Assembly: GCF_009914755.1 (NCBI RefSeq)
Contig: NC_060930.1
Reading direction: 5' to 3' (one strand)
From: the human T2T-CHM13v2.0 reference genome, Homo sapiens
DNA length: 64,000 nucleotides
Positions 47,201-58,833 of this stretch are shown here, in pieces. How positions within the stretch are numbered: position 1 is the stretch's first letter; each line of letters begins with the position of its first letter. The position numbers were made by a program, and so were the translations under genes. The notes beneath the pieces are model-generated. The model was not told the DNA's origin. It made no database searches and saw only the letters and a program-made list of their open reading frames with translations.

Positions 47201-49280
47201 ATTCACATGGCAAAGTATACAATATACATTTACAGTGCTGCCACAGGAGTATTTGAACTCACCTGCCATATGCCACCAGTGGGTAGGATGGGATTTCGCC
47301 ACTGTGCTTTTGCCTAAAGTGGTCATGTGCATTCATTACATAGGTGACATCCTTATTGTGGCCCTTGATGATCCGATCACACAAGAGGCCTTGGACTTGA
47401 TGGTCACAGGGACGTGACAAGCAGACTGGGAAGTTAACCCTAACAGTCCTGGGATCAGCCAAACTGGTGACCTTTTTAGGATCTACCTGGGCTAGAGCTC
47501 AGTACTAGATTCCAGATCTGCCCATCAAAATCTGTTACCATTAACTGGCCGACTATGAAAAAGGAGGCCCAACACCTGACTGGTGGACTTTTTGGGTATT
47601 GGAAACAACACATACCTTACCTGTTCATTCTGTTGGCTTCACTCCACCAGATACCTAGGAAAGCTGCTACTTTGCATTGAGGGCCCAGGGAGGATGAGGC
47701 ACTCTAGGTTTTACAACAAGCCATTAGGCAGGCCATGGCCCTGGGGCAGTTAGAGCACACCTCTCCATTTGAATGACAAGTCTCTGTGTTAGGAAATGAT
47801 GCAGACTGCAGCCTTTGGCAAAAAGAAGAGGCCACTGGGGTTTAAAGGCCTTTAGGGTTCTGGATTAACCACTCCCTACACCCCTTTTGAAAAGCAGTTT
47901 TTAGCTTATTGGACCTTAGTGGAAACTGAAAGGCTGACCCAGTACACTAAGGTTGTACTCCAACCACAAGTCCCCATCTTGTCCTGGGTTAACAGGCAGC
48001 CTAGATATTAGAACGGGGTTAGCCTAGCAAAGAGGCATCATCAGATGGAAGTAGTATATTCAAGACTGAGCCTGATTAGGAGAAGAGGTAGTAAGCAAGC
48101 TACAAGTAAAAATGGCCAGCTCTCTGGCAGGTGGAATGGTGCCTACACCACCTAGGAATCCCCATAGCCAAATGGGGACCATGATTACAGGATGCAGACT
48201 CTGACATCTTCTGCTAGTTCACAGATAGCTCAGCAAAGCTGAAGCCTTGAGGGGTAAAATGGGCTGCAGCCACTGTCAACATGAAAACAGGGGACATTAT
48301 CACTGACAGTGGAGGAGGTCACAGTGCCCAATGGGCTGAGTTACTCACAGTTTGGCTGGCAGTGTTCTGGGGATGGGGAGTGAGGCACCAATCTGTCACT
48401 TTGTTCTTTCTGTGGAGCATGGCAGCAGAGGCCTGGAAGCATAATGCCTTTGTTAGCCTTTCTCAAGCTGTGCCCGCTGTGGGAAACCTGGTGAAAAGTT
48501 GGATTGCCATCCTGGACCTCAATCTGTGAACAACCAGAGTGACTCCATGTCCTGCCAGTGGTCAAGTATGCCAGCATTTCTAATGGCACAGTGTACACTA
48601 ACAGAACTCCAACCCTGGCTTACCATGTGAGGATCTGATACCCATCACATTGGAGGGAGCTGAAGGTGCCCTGTTTTAGTTTAATTGGTTTAAGGTGGCA
48701 AAATATCACAACCACAAATAACAAAGCCATAGAGAGCTGGTATTTGGATGCACCACACTCCTTTCATTACTTGGATGAGAAGTGCCCTGCCAGTGATCCA
48801 GTTCCTCCCCTCTCCTTGTCTGTAGTTCTCAGAATACTGTAGGATGTGCTGGAAATGCAATATACTGAGATAGGGAAGAACTGTCCTGGACAGTGCTTAC
48901 TTTGTTCCTGTCTCCTTTACAAGGATGTCCTTCAAACCTTTGCCCAGTGCATTCCATTGCTACTCAGGTATATAACCCACAGTGGGCTACCTTTCAGGGA
49001 TTCTAGCTGCAGTATAGTGGGGAATGTACAGTTGAGACTCCATCCTCCCCAGAAACTTTCTTAAGCCTTGGGGGACTAGCTTGTTATGAATCTTAGTCTT
49101 CTGTTGTCTCTTTCTGCCTATCTGTAAGTAATAAACTGATTTATATAACTTGTGGTGTGTGAGTATGTGCTGTCTCACCTGACTCAAGCAATTGATAAGA
49201 CTCTAGCCCAGGATGCAGCGGGTGGAAACATTCTGGCTCCATTCCTGATGGTCCACATAGTGATGATTTTTGCTAATGAC
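44300..49280 (+). mobile_element. Degenerate class III (ERVL-like) provirus: 5' LTR ~44300-45025, gag/pro/pol relics, 3' LTR ~48661-49280 (MER54/MER74/LTR53-like, family uncertain)
   Basis: Two homologous LTRs (AGGTATATAACCCA...CTGCCTATCTGT..AATAAAC...). Protease relic LLDTEAQATVVPGP near 46540; RT relic VIDLANGFFSIPL...LPQEYLNSPAICH...HYIGDILI (47034-47417); RNase H relic SAQWAEL near 48330. Integrase largely deleted; no env. Confidence 0.88.
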
Positions 49281-49445
49281 CTCATTTTTGAATCCATTTG
49301 ATATCCTTTGGTCTTCATTTTACTTCCCTTCTTGATATTTACACTTCCTAAAACACTTCCCGTGGCATCAATAACACCAAACCCTTTTCTCCTTATAAAT
49401 TCCCACCTGTGAGGCCAACCCCAAGCTTTAAAAGATGCCATTTTT

Positions 49446-49993
<548 letters not shown>

Positions 49994-50135
49994 GCCATTT
50001 TTCAAGTGTTTGTCTTGGCCCTTTAGCCCCTCTCAGTTTCCTATATAATACCTCAATATAATTCCTTATTGGCCTTTCAGTTTTATACTATCTCCTCTCA
50101 TAGCTGCAGAACTTGCCTGAAGCTATTCCTTATAT

Positions 50136-50779
50136 TGTTATACCCAAGCGAGTTAGAGAAAACACCACACTTTGAGACGAATTAAGAGTCCTTTATTTAA
50201 GCCGGCGGCCAAGAGAGGGCTTGACGCTCCAAAATTCTCCTGGCCCGAGGAAGGGGCTCGATTTATTTTTATACCTTGGTTTAGGAAGGGGAGGGGAGCT
50301 CAAATGCAATAATTCTACAGAAGTAGAAACATGCAAGAATCAAAAAAAACAAATAGTTACAGAGAAATAAACAATTTAAAAGACAAATGGTTACAAAAAA
50401 AGCAACGGAACCAGGTGCGGGGCTCTAAATCCTTCATAAGAGTTAGATATGGATGCTATGCCGGACACAGACTCAAGGCTTTATGTTGTTATCTTTTTTG
50501 AGCAAAATCCTGGGAACTTCATACATTGTTCCAGTACCTTGTCAGTTAATTGGGCTCCTTTGAAATGCTGAGGATCTGCTTACACAGGTTAACTGCTTGA
50601 GGAAGCGGGTTGGGTAAGGACCCCTTAATGTCTTGTAAATCAAGGGGCCAGATGGAGTTCCTCTGGCTTTCCCAGCTAAGTGAGAGTCTATTCATATGGG
50701 AAACAAGGCTAGGTAATTAAAGAGACAAAAAGGGAAAATCCAAAAAATAGGTTTAGTAAATACAAGGTTAGGCATTGCA
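50136..50779 (-). mobile_element. ERV1 solo LTR, LTR6-like (HERV-T/S71 related)
   Basis: TG...CA ends (TGCAATGCCTAACCTTG...CTCTAACTCGCTTGGGTATAACA on the minus strand) and 4-bp TSD ATAT. Confidence 0.8.
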
Positions 50780-51501
50780 ATATCCTATTATCCTACTCAA
50801 ACATCTCTACTTGAGCATATTTGAAACTGAGTACTTAATTCCCCTACCCCCAAAAAGGATGGAAAAAATGTTGCCCTCTCACTATTGTTTTTTATTTCTC
50901 CATTTATATATTGCTGCATTACAAACCACCAAGACCATAGTGGCTTAAAACAATAATAACTTCATTTTGCTCCCCGATTTGCAGTTTGGGCAGAGTCGGC
51001 TGGTCTTTTCTCCACAGGGTGTCAGCTGGGGAATCCACTTTTAAGCTGGCTCACTTGTGTGGTTAGCAAAGTGGAAGTGGCTTTTGCATGGGAGCTCAGC
51101 CAGTGCCATGTACTAAGGGCTTTGGTTCTTTTCTCTGGAGGTGGATGACCTGACGGTACACAACTTAGGCTGCTGCACTGGTGTTTATTATGGTCATTCA
51201 CTATGAAGGAACAGTGGGAGGCGTGCATATCTTTCAGAACTGCACATTGATTCCTGGAGAGGGATCTTGGGTTGTGGGACTTTCAGCTACATGATTAGGG
51301 AAACACAAGCCACAGTGTAATGGGGCATGGAAAAAGGCATATTATGCTAACATTAGTCAAAAGAAAGCTTGGAGTAATTTTAATTTCAGACAATGTAGAC
51401 TTCAGAGCAAGGAAAATTACCAGGAATAAAGAGTGGCATTATATAATAATAAAAGGGTCAATTCTTCAGGAAGATATAACAATCCTTAAAGTGTATACGT
51501 T

Positions 51502-51815
51502 TGTGATGGGCTAAACTGTGTGTACCCCTGCCCTGCCCCCCATAAATTCGTATGTTGAAGTTCTAACCCCCAATATATCAGAATGTGAACATGTTTGGTG
51601 ACAGAGTCTTTATAGGGGTGATTAAATTAAAATGAGGTCATTAGAGTAGGCTCCTTCCTCCGTCTCCCCCCTCCCATCCTTTTGGATTGGGGTCTCACCG
51701 TTTTGACCTCATTCAACCTTAATTACCTCCTTAAATGCCCTATCTCCAAATACAGTCACGTTGAGATTAGGGGTTTGGCACAGGAATTTTGATGGACACA
51801 GTTCAGTCCACAACA
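51502..51815. mobile_element. Two MLT1 5' fragments in opposite orientation
   Basis: TGTGATGGGCTAAACTGTGT...AAAATGAGGTCATTAGAGTAGG (+), then TGACCTCATT...GGACACAGTTCAGTCCACAACA (-). Confidence 0.65.
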
Positions 51816-51900
51816 ACCCCCATCCCTAAATTTACTTAGCTTTAAAACAGATACAACCGGCAAGACAACACAACATGAAGTGATTAGCTGACAATGTGGT

Positions 51901-51973
51901 GCAGCCTCTGGATGCTTAAGGTGATGAAAATATAATTAAGCCTGTCTGCATAGGTTCGAACCTGCCGGCTACA
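51901..51973 (+). pseudogene. tRNA-Ser-like relic
   Basis: GCAGCC...TTAAGGTGATG...CTGCATAGGTTCGAACCTGCCGGCTACA resembles tRNA-Ser GTAGTC...TTAAGGCGATG...CCGCGCAGGTTCGAATCCTGCCGACTACG; the acceptor ends still pair in part. Confidence 0.65.
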
Positions 51974-52019
51974 ATCCTGTCCCACGTATTGACAGTTGTG
52001 AATCTCCCGCGGTGCATTT

Positions 52020-52061
52020 TCAGACGAGATCGGGCGCGTTCAGAGTGGTATGACCATAGAC
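52020..52061 (-). pseudogene. 3'-truncated (tailless) 5S rRNA retropseudogene, 5S nt ~1-42
   Basis: Reverse complement GTCTATGGTCATACCACTCTGAACGCGCCCGATCTCGTCTGA versus 5S GTCTACGGCCATACCACCCTGAACGCGCCCGATCTCGTCTGA. Flanked by the direct repeat CCGC(G/A)GTGCATTTTCAG (52007-52023, 52062-52078). Confidence 0.92.
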
Positions 52062-53239
52062 CCGCAGTGCATTTTCAGCCTCCCTCCTGGCCTATACCCG
52101 TCATGCAGACACTAACCAATCCTTAACCAACCTCATCCTGGCCTCTTGATTTGTAGAGTCTTCGCTGAGGGGAGGAGGGCCTTACTCGTGATGTGTAAGA
52201 AGAGCAGCAACCAAAGGCTAACGTGAGAGTCACTTTTCAAAGCACCTTTTCAGCAAACAAGAATCAGCTGTCGAGTTACCAGCTCCTGTGGCTCCTTCCC
52301 CGCAGTCTCCACCAGGCGGCGCGCCCCAGGAAGCCGGACGCCTGCTACCGCGGGCCGCGTTTCTTTGTGCAAACTCAGCAAGGCCTGGCAGCCTTGGAGA
52401 GCAGGCCTTTAGCAAGCCGCGGAAACGCAACTGGGTGCCAGGGTTACTCGTTGCATTTGTGGTGGGCAGAGCTTCCTCCAAGCAGTCAGAGGAAAGCTCT
52501 CTGAAGGTGTGTAATTTCGTTTGGTAATTAGCATATAATTAGGTCTTGGGTAGGGCATGGGTCAAATCCAGCGCCACGTTGGACTCAGACGGTTTCAGAC
52601 AGCTTAGCCCTCATCCTGTTTATTAGGGTCTTATCAGCCCAAGCTCTTCCTTGTCCTTGTAGCTAATTTTAACAGCTCCTTTAGGAGCTGTTAGGAGCTT
52701 AGGAAAGCTCTCCGACTGCTTGGAGGAAAGCTCTGCCCATGAGACTGCTCGGAGGAAAGCTCTGTCCACCACTACAGCGCTAAGGATATCGCCCAAGCTC
52801 TTTGCTAAATGTCTCTTGGGAAAAAGCTCCTCATGAAGCAGGTAAGACTGATTTGTAGTTTAATGACCTGCAGGTCCCCACATGAACACGAGGAAAGGGA
52901 CGTGCAAGGCAGTGTTGAAGAAACATCAGCAGGTCTATTTGAGGTTCTCACCAGGTATCTTTCCTGATGGTGGGATGGGAACTTGGGGCCCTGTTGTAAT
53001 TCCAGATCTGGGAAACTGCTGATTTCTCCTTCCCCCCAACTCTCCATTCCATCTCCTTACCACTCTCGTTATGATAATTGTCCCATGGTGCATTAATTCT
53101 TTTCCAGCCTTGTCGTTCAAACACTTATGTTTCCTGTAAGTACCATTAACAGCTTCTCTTGAACTGGTTTCTCTAAAAATTCCTCCTTTACCTTTCTTCT
53201 AAAGTGTCGGATCCTTTACCTTTCAAAAACGAGGAATAG

Positions 53240-53477
53240 GTCTCGTGGCTCATGCCTAGCGAGACCTCATCTCCACAAAAAATAATAATAAAAAAATTAG
53301 CCAGGTGTGGTGGTGTGGGCCTGTAGTCCTAGTTACTGGGGAGGCTGAGGTAGGAGGATCACTTAAGCCCAGGAGGTCAAGGTTATAGTGAGTTATGATC
53401 GTGCCACTGCACTGCAGCCTAGGTGACAGAGCAAGACCCTGTTCCCCACCCTCTGCAAAAACAAACAAACAAAAAAG
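53240..53477 (+). mobile_element. Internally deleted AluJ
   Basis: Alu motifs with most of the left arm missing. Confidence 0.8.
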
Positions 53478-53596
53478 CATCCTGATAAACATAGACATGA
53501 AATTGAAACATACAGGTGAAGGGTCACAGATTTATGCCTCAGTCTTCTCATCTGTAAGACAAAGACAGCCTCATCACTTTTAATGAGGTGAGCGAA

Positions 53597-54060
53597 TGAG
53601 GGAGGAGACCACCCCTCATATTGTCTTATGCCCGATTTCTGCCTCCAAAGAAAGAAGAAGTAAAAACTAAAAAGCAGAAATGAAATCCACAGGCAGACAG
53701 CCCGGCGCCACGCCCTGGGCCTGGTAGTTAAAGATTAACCCCTGACCTAACACTGGTTATGTTATCTATAGTTTCCAGACATTGTATGGAAAAGCATTGT
53801 AAAAATCCCTGTCCTGTTCTGTTCCGTTCTGATTACTGGTGCATGCAGCCCCCAAACATGCACCCCCTGCTTGCTCAGTTGATCACGACCCTCTCATGTG
53901 GACCCCCTTAGAGTTGTGAGCCCTTAAAAGGGACAGGAATTGCTCACTCAGGGAGCTCGGTTCTTGAGACAGAAGTCTTGCCGATGCTCCAGGCCAAATA
54001 AACCCCTTCCTTCTTTAACTCGGTGTCTGAGGGGTTTTGTCTGCGGCTCTTCCTGCTGCA
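53597..54060 (+). mobile_element. HERV-E/Harlequin solo LTR (LTR2 family), inserted in a MIR relic
   Basis: TGAGGGAGGAGACCACCCCTCATATTGTCTTATGCCC...AATAAACCCCTTCC...TCCTGCTGCA matches the LTR2 consensus as I recall it. Confidence 0.88.
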
Positions 54061-54149
54061 CATTAAGTGAGGTACACCACTGCATATTACATGGCAGGTG
54101 CTCAGTCTCCTCCTTCCACTTCCTCACTGGTTTTCTAGTGAAGAGAGAA

Positions 54150-55118
54150 TGAAGGGGTGGGTTGCCCCTCCACACCTGTGGGTGTTTCTCGTAAGGTGGA
54201 ACGAGAGACTTGGAAAAGAAAAAGACACAGAGACAAAGTATAGAGAAAGAAATAAGGGGACCCGGGGGACCAGCGTTCAGCATATGGAGGATCCCACCAG
54301 CCTCTGAGTTCCCTTAGTATTTATTGATCATTCGTGGGTGTTTCTCCGAGAGGGGGATGTGTCAGGGTCACAAGACAATTGTGGGGAGAGGGTCAGCAGA
54401 CAAACACGTGAACAAAGGTCTTTGCATCATAGACAAGGTAAAGGATTAAGTGCTGTGCTTTTAGATATGCATACACATAAACATCTCAATGCTTTACAAA
54501 GCAGTATTGCTGCCCGCATGTCCCACCTCCAGCCCTAACGCGGTTTTTCCCTATCTCAGTAGATGGAACGTACAATCGGGTTTTATACCGAGACATTCCA
54601 TTGCCCAGGGACGGACAGGAGACAGATGCCTTGCTCTTGTCTCAACTGCAAGAGGCATGCCTTCCTCTTATACTAATCCTCCTCAGCACAGACCCTTTAC
54701 AGGTGTCGGGCTGGGGGACGGTCAGGTCTTTCCCTTCCCAAGAGGCCATATTTCAGACTATCACATGGGGAGAAACCTTGGACAATACCTGGCTTTCCTA
54801 GGCAGAGGTCCCTGCGGCCTTCTGCAGTGTTTGTGTCCCTGGGTACTTGAGATTAGGGAGTGGTGATGACGCTTAACGAGCATGCTGCCTTCAAGCATCT
54901 GTTTAACAAAGCACATCTTGCACCGCCCTTAATCCATTTAACCCTGAGTTTGACACAGCACATGTTTCAGAGAGCACGGGGTTGGGAGTAAGTTCATAGA
55001 TTAACAGAATCTCAAGGCAGAAGAATTTGTCTTAGTACAGAACAAAATGGAGTCTCCTATGTCTACTTCTTTCTACACAGACACAGTAACAATCTGATCT
55101 CTCTTGCTTTTCCCCACA
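54150..55118 (-). mobile_element. HERV-K(HML-2) solo LTR, LTR5_Hs type, 969 bp
   Basis: Minus strand TGTGGGGAAAAGCAAGAGAGATCAGATTGTTACTGTGTCTG...GGGGCAACCCACCCCTTCA; 5-bp TSD GAGAA (54145-54149 and 55119-55123). Confidence 0.95.
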
Positions 55119-55339
55119 GAGAAGGCCCATGCAACACAGACCTAAACCCCTTTGAGAGGAAAATAGGGCATTTGGTGGAGGGGAGGGGAGGAGTCCTGGC
55201 TTGCGGCTATAAAAATGTTTTTCCACTCAGATTATTTTCTGAAAGAGGCTGAGATCAGGCACCTGAGTCACTGAAGGGTTCATGCTAGTGGAGTGAGAGG
55301 GCCAGGGGAACAAGGAAGGTGATAAATCTCATCTCTATT

Positions 55340-55935
55340 TGATAGGAATGCTGGGTAGTCATAGGAGAAACATCAAGCAGTAATTTCACATAACAGCAAA
55401 AAAGGAGCTGTTAAAATTAGCTACAAGGACAAGAAAGAACTTGGGCTGATAAGACCCTAACAAACAGGATGGTGGCTAAGCTGTCTGAAACCGTCTGGGT
55501 CCAACATGGCGCTGGATTTGACCCATGCCCTACCCAAGACCTAATTATATGCTAATTACCATACGAAATTACACACCCACCAGCGCCCTGACAGATCGAG
55601 TACGCCCATATTTAATATAAAAATGGGTGGCATCTCAATTTTATGAAACCTTCGCCTTTCCCCCAGAAAACCTCATGATTAGTCCACCCTCTAATTACAA
55701 GAGCCCATAAAAATAGAAAACTCAAACTCTGTTGGGCACGACTCATTCTCATGAGCTCACCCACACTTCCCTAAGTGTGTACTTTTGCTTAGCAATAAAA
55801 GCTTCTTGCCTTTGGCTTCATTCTGACTCCTCCCTGAATTCTTTCTTACGAAGGTGTCAAGAACCTGGAAACTGGCTGGGGCTGGGGCTGGGGTCTCACT
55901 GGCTTCTGGAAACCCTTCTGAGCCCTCTGGCAACA
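55340..55935 (+). mobile_element. ERV1 MER4-group solo LTR (MER41-like)
   Basis: ATTATATGCTAATT...CCCACCAGCGCC..GACAG core, AATAAA, CAAGAACC, ends GGCAACA. Confidence 0.7.
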
Positions 55936-55969
55936 CCTGTAGTGTAAGCAGCAATTCAGTGCTGTGATG

Positions 55970-56506
55970 CCTCGGTCCCAGACCTTTTTGGCACCAGGGA
56001 CTGGTTTCATGGAAGACAGTTTTTCCATGGACAGGGGTTGGGGGAGAGGGGAATGGTTTCAGGATGATTCAAATGCATTACATTTATTGTGCACTTTATT
56101 TCTATTATTACATTGTGATATATAATAATTATACAACTCACCATAATGTAGAATCAGACGGAGCCCTGAGCTTGTTTTCCTACAACTAGATGGTCCCATC
56201 AGGAGGTTATGGGAAACAGTGACAGATCATCAGGCATTAGATTCTCATAAAGAGTGGGCAACATAGATCCCTCAAATGGGCAGTTTACAATTGGGTTAGA
56301 ACTCCTATAAGAATCTAATGCCTCAGATGATCTGACAGGAGGTGGAGTTCAGGCGGTAATGAGAGTGATGGGGAGCAGCTATAAATACAGATGAAGCTTC
56401 ACTGGCTCTCCTGCTGCTCACCTTCTGCTGTGTGGTCCGGTTTCTAACAGGCTGCCACTACCACTGACCAGTACCGGGTCAGTGGCCCAGGGGTTGGGGC
56501 TCCCTG
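55970..56506 (+). mobile_element. MER1A (hAT-Charlie) DNA transposon relic
   Basis: GGTCCCAGACCTTTTTGGCACCAGGGACTGGTTTCATGGAAGAC...GGTTGGGGCTCCCTG; 8-bp TSD CTGTGATG/CTGTGATA. Confidence 0.88.
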
Positions 56507-57574
56507 CTGTGATAGTTAATACCCATGGCTCCAAATCTAGTGGCCCCACGTCAGGTCCTGGTGGGACCTGGTTCAGTTTTGCTTAGGACTCATCTTGTCC
56601 ACATGAACCATTCCAGCCTGCTTTCTCATGCTCTTATTCTGGGATATCTTCCTAACCCCAGTATATCTGCCTCAGTGTCTCACCCTGTCTTTTTAGAAAA
56701 GGAAAAAAAAAAAAAAAGAAAGAAAACGTAAATGAAATTGGTGGAGAGTAATGGCCACCAATCCTATGCCTGACCTGGAACTGGAAACACAAGGCTTTCC
56801 TGAAGACAGAGAAACTCTGAGAAAACGGGAAAAGCAAGTTGGTGAAAAGAGCAAAATAAAAGTTTCAGAAGGGACTTTCTTGACATAGCACAGGATGAAG
56901 GAGTATCAAAGGTCTCTGTTTGGGCCCTTGGCTGGGAAAGCCCACATTCGCTGAAAGTGAAAGCTGTCCGCAGACATAACACCAAAGGGTTAGGGTAGGA
57001 AGCCCCTTTTTATGAATTCAACGGCAGGGATAGGGGTGGGGATAAGGTGGGGCTGCGTGGGTACACCAGGCGCCCGGAAAGCTGCAAAAGGCGTTAGGTC
57101 AATATGCAAAAATACTTCTAGGTCAATACGCAAAAATACTTCTAGTGTTGGGAAAGAAATTTTATTGGGGACAGGAAACAAGCGAACTGGCTAATATACT
57201 TTCTCTCTAAGGAGAGTAGTCTGACTTAATGCCTTCCTCGATTCTCTCTAAGGGCTTCTGAGGGCTTTGCTTGACTTTTCTCCTGTTTCTGCTCCTGAGC
57301 CCAAAGCAGCTCTTAAAGAAAGAAATGTCAGGTTTTGAAGCATGTTTGGTAGATTTGGAAAGGGCAACTCGCAACTTGAAGGGGATTGTTGGAATCAACT
57401 GGTTCTAGAGTGAGCTGATCTTAAGAGGCCAAGAGGAAAAAAGAAAAACCGGGAAAGAAACAGTGAAAGAAAAACAGAAAGAGGCAAAACAGTGTAACAA
57501 CAACAACAACAACAACAACAAAATGGCTGATCACCTGCATGATAAATAAGAAGAGTAGAAGCGTGTTTTCCGTT

Positions 57575-57646
57575 AGCAGAGTGGCGCAGCGGAAGCGTGC
57601 TGGGCCCATAACCCAGAGGTCGATGGATCTAAACCATCCTCTGCTA
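57575..57646 (+). tRNA. TRX-CAT2-1: Initiator tRNA-Met (CAT), variant with T-loop GATCT instead of GATCG
   Basis: AGCAGAGTGGCGCAGCGGAAGCGTGCTGGGCCCATAACCCAGAGGTCGATGGATCTAAACCATCCTCTGCTA: A1-T72 pair and GGG/CCC anticodon stem typical of iMet. Confidence 0.95.
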
Positions 57647-57657
57647 AAGAAGGGTGC

Positions 57658-57676
57658 TTTTTTTTTTTTTTTTTTT
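57658..57676 (+). terminator. Pol III oligo-T terminator of the iMet gene
   Basis: T run of about 19 nt starting 11 nt after the tRNA 3' end. Confidence 0.85.
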
Positions 57677-58833
57677 CCCCCCCCCTTCTTGAGGAATTAC
57701 CTTCCACAGTTGTGGGGAGAAGATGGCCTCTAAATATATATTATATATATTATATCTCTCTCTCTCTCTCGCTCTCTCTCTCTTAAAAGTCCTTTCAGAG
57801 GCTGTATCTCACTTTTAGATATGTCTTCAGCATGTTCCTTCTCCTTTCTCCAAATGTTTGCGTAACTCCTTTCTTACTCATATCTTATTTGGAAAGGCAT
57901 ATCTTACTTGGGAAGAGGAGGTGACAATTCTCATGTTTACTTCCAACAAATTACCTATCTTCCAGTGAATAGAAAATACACTGAGGTTGAATATAATTTT
58001 ATATTTTCTTGCACTCGAAGGCAAAACACTGTTACTGACTTTTGCCTGAGACCATTGGTTATTGTAAATCGTTATTGTCTTTTTGCTTCTACGGGAGCCT
58101 CCTGCTTCTTTTGCTCTTTTGTTCATCTCTATGCATGATTTATTAAATTCATTTCGTGTACTGTGAATTCTTCTCTAAAGCTATCTGTTACGATGGCCAA
58201 AAGACATCATTTATACCCTCCTCCTTCCATACTTACAGAAACTAGACACATGGAATGTTATGAGAAAGAGAAGCAACAATGAAGTTAAGTGTAAAATGGT
58301 TGATTCTACTTGGATAGATTTTTTTAAAAAATGTAAATGGTAGAAAACATAGGGGTACATTTAAAGCATTTTGTGAATCAGAATTCCATGGGCAAACTCA
58401 GAAGACCAATAATCTTTATTTTGTCTGCTTACCTTCTAGAAGCATTTTAACTAACTTTAAATGTCCAGGCATAAGAGATTGGTTGAATAAACTGTAACAT
58501 GGACTCAAAGAGGAAGCGCTATGGGGCTACAAAAAAGATATAATTTCTAGGAGATAGTGTTAAGTAAAGAAAGTGCAGATGAATATTATAGTAGGCTACC
58601 TTTTTTCAAGAAGGAAGGGGAATTAAGAAAACATACACATACCTGTTTTTCTTTCTGAAAAGAAAACATAGTGAAGATAAACCAGAAAACAGTGAATCTG
58701 GCTACCTAAAATGGTGGTAAGAGACTTGGGGGAAATGGAGTGTAAGGGACATGGGACGCCACTTCTCTGAGTTTACCTTTTGTTATACCTTTAACTTTTG
58801 AAAGCATGTGAATGTTTTACTTTTTTTTTTTTT

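Noticed and set aside
47034-47417. Open reverse-transcriptase ORF as a possible domesticated gene
   Set aside because: The catalytic YxDD is mutated to YIGD, and the ORF is flanked by stops and frameshifts.
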